Assembly: GCA_021432655.1 (NCBI GenBank)
Contig: MU271551.1
Location: 1-45,367 of the forward strand
Reading direction: 5' to 3'
Length of the DNA stretch: 45,367 bases
Origin: Atractiella rhizophila
Lineage: Eukaryota
The translations under genes and the position numbers were made by a program. Positions 37,610 through 45,367 of this stretch are shown piece after piece. The first letter of the stretch is position 1, and every line of letters begins with the position of its first letter. Under the pieces are notes generated by a model. That model did not search any database. It saw only the letters and a list, made by a program, of their open reading frames with translations, and had not been told where the DNA came from.

Positions 37610-38098
37610 TGTCAGGCTTGCCCCTACGCATTACCAAAATGCACCATCCGAGGTCATGTGACCCACTTTACCGTGTCATGAGATCACATGCTTACCCATC
37701 GCAGCTTTGCTGATGTCTGCTCTGTTCGCCGCTTTACCATTTCTCACACGAATCACCGCTCAGCAAACCTTATACATTTCGCCGGTCTGCACTGTCTCCA
37801 TTTTTGCCTTTTGTCCTTTCTCACTAGTACTACCCAGTATATCTTATTTCCGAGTATTCCCTTTATTACTTTCCTGATCTAGCTATCTTACGTGTTTCAA
37901 GCAAAGTATGTTACAGTTTATGGCAGTGCCTTTACATATGTATATATACATCGAGATGTAGTGGTGGTGACCTCAGAGTATTCTCTTAGGTTTACCCCCA
38001 CTACAGGTTAGTCTTCTCATGCCATACTATTCTCTTAGGTTTACCCCCACTACAGACGCATCGCCCGTCAGCGGCCGCACATAGTGTCAGCCCTAACA
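37610..38098 (+). mobile_element. Solo LTR (489 bp) inserted in the Helitron, opposite orientation to the 33043 copy
   Basis: tgtcaggcttg...gccctaaca; TSD atgag (37605-37609, 38099-38103); Helitron peptide continues across it (FNPQDE|SLGDIL). Confidence 0.95.
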
Positions 38099-39246
38099 AT
38101 GAGTCTCTGGGTGACATTCTTGGCATGGACGACATTGCTAAAACAATGTTGACAGAGTTCTTCAGTTACTGTCAACCCAGCTGAGTTGAGGCAATACTTT
38201 CAAGAGCACATGGTCCTTACGGCTCTGAATGTTGATGTTGACATGATAAACAATCAGCTTATTCAATAATTTTTCTCCTGCAGGAACAAATCTACCTTAA
38301 TGCCAACCAATTGATGGATGACAGTGAGAACATTCAACAAGGCTTCACAGTTGGATGTCTTAATACTCTCAATATGATGGGTCTTCCTTGTCATGGTCTT
38401 CATCTCAAAGTTGGAGCCCCTATCATCCTAATACGAAACCTCAATCCTTCAGCTGGGCTCTGTAATGGTACACCGTTGATCATCACCCAGCTGTTCTCCT
38501 GTGTCATTGGGGCTACCATCATTACAGGCAGATTCCTAGGCACCTCAGTCCTCATCCCACACATCGCATTGGATAGCAAGGCCTCCAATTCATTCCTGTT
38601 TACCTCACGCTAGTTTCATGTCCCTGTCAAATTGGCTTTCTGTCTCACCATCAATAAGTCACACCGCCAGTTGGTGGAGACTGTTGGATTGTATTGGGGC
38701 ACACCAGTTTTTCCACATAGACAACTTTGTGTAGGACTTTCTGGAGTTTCGAAGGCTAAGAATCTATGAGTTTATTTACACCAAGTGCAAGAGATGGAGA
38801 ATGAGAGGATGGAAAATATAGTGTACAGAGAAGTTTTGAATTTTCGCAATAGGATGCATGTAGACCTATACTGAAATTATATAGATTCATACCAAAACCC
38901 ATGTACATATAGTGAGTCAGGGCTCACCAAAGGCTGCTAGAGGCTAGGGTCCAAGGGGCGAAGCCCCTGGCAGGGTGGGATGCCCGAGGGATGAGGGCAC
39001 TGACACACATGTACATTAAAATTATAACATTGATGATGCAAATATACTCTGGTAAGATACACATGGACATTGGATCGACCTTTGATATGTCAACTCTTTA
39101 TCGTTTCTTTGTTATGCGCTTGCATGCTTTACATCTAACTAATTCCACTCAGCTTTACTTCTTGCTCTTCCCAACTAAGTCGCTTCAACAACAGTGATCA
39201 CCCCAGCCTACTAGTACCAATGATCTGCTGATCTATAAAGGACATA

Positions 39247-40353
39247 ATGCAGGATATTGTTACGGCTTCAATTGCAAAACTGTCCCAGGCTCAGATTACG
39301 ACCTTCTTTCGGAAGAACACTCCTTTGACGCAGGAAAAATGCGACCAAGAAGCTAGCCGACTTACCGACATGCCTGTCCACCCAACGCCTGTCCAAGGTG
39401 CAACTAGCTACACCGTCGTGTCTAACGATGGCACCTGTGTCGTCCAGTTCCGTTCCAGCGACTCTATGCTAGATATTCACTTTCTCAAATGCGTTGAGCG
39501 AGCCTACGACGGATTCATGCCCCACCATGAGTTTGTCGGCACCTTGGACGAGCTCTCCGTCTACAAAATGGCCAATGTGGGTGGAATCTCGATGTATCTT
39601 GCCCGCAAAAACCTACACCATGGTGATCCCTCCCTCCTTAGACAAACCGTCTTAGACTTTGCCAGGTGCGTCGCTCCCTCTTCTGGGGTGAAGGGAACTA
39701 TGCGGCTAACAGTGTCCTGAAGATTTTTCGCCTCGGCATGGCACAAAACACCAGCAGGGATGAAGTGTCCAGATCGCCCTGCTCTGGAAAAAGAGTACAT
39801 GTCGGAACTCATGAGTCTTCGACAAGGGCTACCCGAGCGTTTTAGGCCTACGCTGGACCAGCTCATCACGAGGCTCCCGGAGCTCTTCAGCAACAGCTGG
39901 CCGCTTGTCCCTCACCACACCGACCTCCTGGAGAATAATATCCACGTGAACCCTCAGACCGGCCACCTCGCTGGCATCTGCGACTGGAAGGACGCCACCA
40001 TCGGTCCTTTTGGCTTGTCACTCGGTGGCCTCGAGACCATGCTCGGGATTGCGACTTGGGAGGAGGGCCAGCCGAGCTGGCAGTATCTTGAGAATCAGCA
40101 GGATCTCCGCGACTTGTTCTGGGAATCGTTTTATACGGCTATGGGGACAGTTTCTGATGACCAGAAGGAGATCATTGAGGTTGCGAGACTCGTTGGCTTG
40201 TTCTTGGATAACGGTTTCAAGTGGATCGATGACGAGACGAGGGTAGCAGCCAGTGAGGGACAGCAGGGCTTGCGTTACCTTGAAGCGGTCACGCTGAAGT
40301 TATGGGGGGCGCCTAAGCACATTAATTCAGGCGACAAAAAGAAACCTTTCTAG
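39247..40353 (+). CDS. APH/choline-kinase-like phosphotransferase (kinase-like fold), 349 aa, one intron (39666-39722)
   Basis: QGATSYTV, VVQFR, Brenner-type motif HTDLLENNIHV and ICDW; GTGCGT...GCTAAC...AAG intron joins DFAR|FFASAW in frame. Confidence 0.88.
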
Positions 40354-40568
40354 AATGGAGCATTCGTGTGGAGAGAAACTCTCCCGATGTTCAGACACAG
40401 GAACCCCGAGGCGGTAGGTCATATCCAGGCAGAGCAATTGGACAATCAATGTTTTGTTTTTTAATCCCTTTGTGGATGAAACAATTACAATTGTCAATTC
40501 ATTTGGATTGTGACATTCGAACATTCAGGTTTATGCTCCTTTCTTTCCAAACCATCCTTCCCCAACTC

Positions 40569-43193
40569 TCAGTCACAATAAGCACCAACATTGGCCTCCT
40601 TCACATCCCTGGCATACCGATACAGGATTCCTCGCTTAACATTGAGTTCCTTCCGCCCATGTTTCTCCCACTCCTCCCTCCTCTCCTTCCACTGCACCTC
40701 TGTCAGATCAGCGTCGATCTTCCTCGTGATCGAGTCGAACACTATCCTGTCTCCATCCTTAATCAACGCGATGGGACCGCCCAGGAGCGCTTCCGGACAA
40801 ATGTGGCCAGCGATGAAACCGCGCGAGGCTCCAGAGAAGCGACCGTCTTTGGATCGGGTTCGAAAGTGAGAGAAATGGTGAAGTGGAATGAGAGGGACGA
40901 ACCTGTGAGCAGGCACACCTTCCCGCCGAGTCCAGCACCCATCAACGCTCCGGTGGGACCCAACATTTCCTGTTCATTCATGACACATCAGCAGCCGTAA
41001 AAACAACATACCCCAAAAGAAAACGACTCACAGGCATTCCGGGTGCGCCTTTCGGTCCACAATATCTGAGCACGACAGCATGTCCCTCCTTCACCTCTCC
41101 TTTCTCCAAGGCGGGATAAAAGTCTTCCTCCCTATCGAACACCTTCGCCACTCCCTCAAACCTCAATCCCTCCTTCCCTGTGATCTTAGCCACTGCTGAT
41201 CCCGGAGCGAGGTTACCGCGGAGGATGGTGAGGTGGCCAGTCTTCTTGATCGCTTTGGCGATGGGGTAGACAACGTCTTGAGCGTCGAAGTCGAAGGGGG
41301 CAGCAGACGAGACGTTCTCTGCAAGCGTTTGGCCCGTCACAGTCATTTGGGAGCCTGGTCCATTCCATAAAGTATAAGCTCTCATTCCAGAATTTGAGAG
41401 AAGGCCAACCATCGATTAGGTCTGTGTTCTCTAACAGGTATTTCACCACACTGGGGACACCTCCGACCTTGTGCAGGTCCTCCATATTGTACTTTCCTGA
41501 CGGTTTAAGGTTGCAGATGTACGGAGTCTTATCAGCAACTATTGAAGCGGCAACACATTAGTTATATTGAATGAAAGAAGAAGAGACAAACCAGCTTGGA
41601 AATCGTCAATAGTCAACTCTATATCCGCCGATCTGGCCATCGCGAGCAAATGGAGGACCTGTGTTGCCAGTGAGTGTTTATGTTCTATGGGGATAAGAGG
41701 ACAATAGAGAAGGGCAGGAGCACGCACCGCATTGGTGCTACCTCCGATGGCGTTTACGACTGCAATAGCATTCAGGAACGATTGCCTTGTGACGATGTCT
41801 CTTGGTTTGAGATCTTTCTCGAGCAGTTTGTAGAGGTAGGAAGCCGCCGAAAGACATTCTTTAAGTTTAGCTGTTCCATAATGGAAAGACTCCATGTTGA
41901 GAAGGAGCGGAGGAGGAAGGGGGAGAACATACCAGGATAGGTCGCTGGAGTGCTCGCGCTGTATGGGAGAGACATGCCCAGTACTTCGAGACATGTGGAC
42001 ATGGTGTTAGCAGTAAACATGCCTCCACAGCCCTATCACCCATTGTTACCTCTTCTTCACGATCTGGGGAAGTGAAAGAACGAACGCCAGGACCTGGACA
42101 GGCATGTCTAATGACATCGAGTCTCTCTTCTTCCGTAACCTACCCCAGCCGCAATAGATCAGCATGTTTCAATGCATCATCCAAAGATGGGCCAGAGACT
42201 GGGGGCCAAACAGACCTTGCCAGCCAAGTAGGCGCCGTAGATCTCGAAAGCTTCCACCAACGTGAACTCGTCCCCAGCTTTGGCGTTTGGCGGCGGACAG
42301 TCGACTGTTCGTTTTCCTGGGCTCTATCCTCCCAGCATGATCCGTTAGCGATGCTTTCTCTTTGGTTCTTGGCGCAAGAGAGAGGAATATGCGTCGGGTA
42401 TGAAGAATTGTGTGGCTCATTGAAGAGGAGCGGTATGGGGGAGGGGAACGCACGATGGTACCCCCGTAGATGATTACGCTTGGCCTATTATGCCTCACAG
42501 CAGCCATGAAGGTACCAGGCATATTCTTATCGCACCCTGGGAAGAAGAATGGAAGAATCGTAGTGCTGAGCTTGCATGATCTACCAGATCCCATCCAAAC
42601 ATCATCAGGCTTTCTGTTCAGCATAAGGGAAGTGGGGAAGAGATACCATCTCGATATTGTCTGCGATCAGATCCCTGGATGGCAAACTGTTCATCCCTTC
42701 ATTCCCTTGGGTCATTCCGTCCCTGTATCACCATTAGCAAGTTAGCAGTCAACGGGTAGCAGGAGAGGATAGACGTACGAGACACCCGGAGTGCTGTGGA
42801 TGAAACCAACCATGCCATTTGCCTTGCAGCCTACTTGGACTTGGCGAGCGAGATCTAGGAGATGGGTGTTACAAGGATTGCCTTTCATACCTGTATCCAC
42901 ATTAGGAGAGATCAAGTTCTGATATGAGCAGAGGTATACCAAACAGCGCCAATGCCGACTGAGGCAAATCCATCTCCTCGTCTGTGACTCCACATCCATA
43001 CAGCATCGCTTTCGCTCCTGCATTGCTGACGGTCTGGGTGAAGAGTGAGGAGATCTTGTTCAGCTTCTTCTTCTCCCCTTGATCGTTCTTTGGCGACGAA
43101 GACCGTGGTACGGAGTGGCTGGCCCATCATTAGTTATAATCCTAGCCGAGCAGGAAGGTCGGAGGCATACATGGAGACTTCAGCTTCAGCCAT
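40569..43193 (-). CDS. ILV3: Dihydroxy-acid dehydratase (IlvD/Edd family), multi-exon; frameshifted in its 5' part as assembled
   Basis: [61 protein letters not shown]. Start inferred at MAEAEVS (43193). Indels at ~42959, ~42884 and ~42540. Confidence 0.92.
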
Positions 43194-44008
43194 TTGTTGT
43201 GCACTTCAAATTAAAAAAATCACAATGTTTTCGTGTTTTAGTAGACCACCAAAGCTGACCACCAAGCACGCTTGTTAATGCTGCAGAGAACAAGGTGACA
43301 GAGAAGCCGTCCTTATAGCGTGCTTGATGCAATCTGCCGAAATCTGGCGAGTGATCGATCGATCGGGAGGGGGAAGGAGGAGAAGCCCCCCACCTACCCG
43401 CGGGCGAGTGCGAGCAGCCAATCAGCGAACGAGCATTGGGAGAACGGGCCCGTGAGCCCAACGCCAACAACACCCTTAACTTGTACTTATTATCAATTGC
43501 TCAAGAGAATGGTTAATGAGGGCGAAGGTGAGTGAGAAGGATTTGTCTGAGGGGTTTTCGTGGAACAGTTTGTGGATTTAGGCGGGAGAGGGAGGTATTT
43601 TTAAGTTCCTGCCCTGCTGATACATAATCGAATAATGTGTATGATGATTGGGATGGATCGGAAGGCTCCTAAACTCTGCACGACAATGTCTTGCCTTGAA
43701 CTGTCTGAGCGGAACTTCACGACATCGTTTTCAATTGATTTCTTGCGCGACATGAGGAGACGGAGACACTCTCGTCTCGTCGTCGTTATTGTAAGCAAGC
43801 ACAGGATTATTATTGACTGTCTGCCTCCGTTCTCCGCTAAGTTGCGTATCCACTTTGCTTGGTGCCTGGGAAGAGACATAGGCAGTGATGAACTTGGAAG
43901 GGTTGATGAAATGCGATTTGCACAACTTCTTCAACTTTCGTTAGTTATGAAACAAAACGGAGAAAGAATGGTGTGAACAGGACATTTTGCATTGTGCCGA
44001 TATACCAA

Positions 44009-44502
44009 TCAACAGGAAAAGGGAGGACCAGGACGTACGATGCTGAAATACCAAAGCAGAAAAGTGATCAAAGAAGCGATGCAAACGGAGAAAAACGCCA
44101 AAACGGGCACGAGGAAACCGAGCATGGCTATCGAAGTCAAGATGGCGAAGAAGCCACCAGCAGGAGTGAAGCCTCCGTACCAATAGCTCTGGAATGCAGC
44201 GGCCATGGATCCTATGCATGACCCCATGAGCCATCCTTCTCCTGACGATCTAGAGAGGCAGAGGACGAAAGGAGGGAGGAGATGGGGATGAGGATGGATG
44301 GCGCACCAGCTGCGACCCCGGCGGGTCCGAATCCAAGCCCACAGGTTCCATAGAAGACGATGAAGAAGATGAGCGTCCAGGTGAGGATGATGGGCCAGTT
44401 GGGTACGACCCAGCTCTTGAATGCGCATGTGATTTGGTAGATCCAGTCGTGGTCGATGGAACGGCTGAGGGAGGGCAGTTGGGACAAGGTCGCCTGTGCC
44501 AT
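44009..44502 (-). CDS. Small membrane protein of IFI6/IFI27 (Ifi-6-16 / ISG12 motif) type, 132 aa, exons 44502-44307 and 44211-44009
   Basis: Spliced LGFGPAGVAAG|SMAAAFQSYWYGGFTPAGGFFAILTSIAMLG with flanking hydrophobic helices. Confidence 0.72.
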
Positions 44503-44946
44503 TGATGATTTAATTCTTGACAGGTGGTGAGGACGTTCGTACGTTGTCCCCTCCTTTATAGGTGACAAGCAGGAGTGAGTCAACAGGTAAAATTTACGTC
44601 GTTCTCGTCTGCCAGTAGGTGAATTGGCGGAACAACTTCAACATTGACACCATTCAAAGAAGAGTACGCTTTTTCGGGAATGAGCATTTCGATGTAATGC
44701 TCTGCAGGTCTCTTGGTCAAAGTTCTAAGTTTCAATCTCAATCCACAGACCGCGGAACTGGAAGGAGAAGCCCACTTTCCAATTGCTTACCAGTACCAGC
44801 GCCTTCAAAGAATAGACTCACTCGGCACGTCTAATGATGAGTACTATCTTGGCGAGCCTTGAACGACAACTCGACAGAACGCGTCGCTGAGAGAGACATA
44901 GAGTCCTTAGGTCTGGGCTTGACATTCTGGTGAGCCAACTACACCG

Positions 44947-45367
44947 TCAACATAGGTTTTGCTGAAGAGAGCCGTCCATTGGCAAGTAAGGAGGAGCTTT
45001 GTGCGCTGGAGCTTGAGCTTTGAATTTTATCCCTAGTAGTGTAGTTATTCTCGCCTTATTCAGCCTAGGAATACTCGTCGTGCAACCGACGACGTATGAG
45101 CAACCGACAGGTGTGCCTGTGAGGTCGCGAATCGCCTTATTCAAAATTAACTGTTTTGAGAGCCTCACATAGGAACAAGACTTGCAAGTGATGTAGTCAT
45201 CAAGTTACGCCACTGTTCTTTGAAATGGCTCGCACTTTCTTCACTAAAACTAGAGCTTGCTGCGATAGCTGTTGAGAGCAGTAAGGTGTCTCGTGCCAGA
45301 GAAGGGTCTCGAATGTATTTCATAGCAGCGACTTTGAGGAACGAATAATGACTTGACATTGCAACAC
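44947..45367 (-). other. Fragment of an unrecognised ORF or pseudogene running off the window
   Basis: Two abutting minus-strand ORFs (45165-45359, 44947-45168); no motif recognised. Confidence 0.2.

Larger units (their letters stand above)
29560..39011 (+). mobile_element. Decayed Helitron (Rep/PIF1 helicase pseudogene) interrupted by a copia element and a solo LTR; 5' end not located
   Basis: Motifs in order: FSNCCSLGKIVLP, YNNALSFTSLG, FRIQGEL, YYSYLL...GGQLFQE...YAQIE, ILPSSY, DRPDLVSRVF, HUH motif IEF*KHGLPHAH, MLHGPCG, AHINVE...SIKYLFKY (after the copia), LAVHLPDQ, LKVGAPIILIRNLNPSAGLCNGT, PVKLAFCLTINKS, NIVYREVL. 3' hairpins at 38951-38999. Confidence 0.93.

Noticed and set aside
39247..44502. 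APH + ILV3 + membrane protein as a secondary-metabolite or resistance cluster
   Set aside because: No synthase or tailoring genes in the window; adjacency alone is not evidence.

Overview
Intron-rich fungal genomic DNA, probably a basidiomycete (inferred from 50-70 nt GT-AG introns, GTNNGT-type donors and a Zn2Cys6 gene). The left arm (1-16.5 kb) holds the 3' part of an OSCA/TMEM63 (Csc1/Rsn1) channel, a Zn(II)2Cys6 transcription factor, a small two-exon gene, an Ayr1-type SDR and a Sut1-type sugar permease. A repeat island (~16.8-39.0 kb) follows, AT-rich and CpG-poor outside its young copia insert. It contains three copies of a ~490-bp LTR family, a hAT MITE with an 8-bp TSD, a decayed TET/JBP-like dioxygenase, a 931-bp inverted duplication whose halves are circularly permuted, and a decayed Helitron. 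The Helitron is split by a Ty1/copia element (itself split by a solo LTR) and by a second solo LTR. Two homologous Helitron-type 3' termini face outward at ~17.94 and ~39.01 kb. The right arm holds an APH/kinase-like gene beside the Helitron end, an ILV3 dehydratase with clustered 5' frameshifts, and an IFI6/IFI27-like membrane protein. All calls are from manual reading; no database searches were run.
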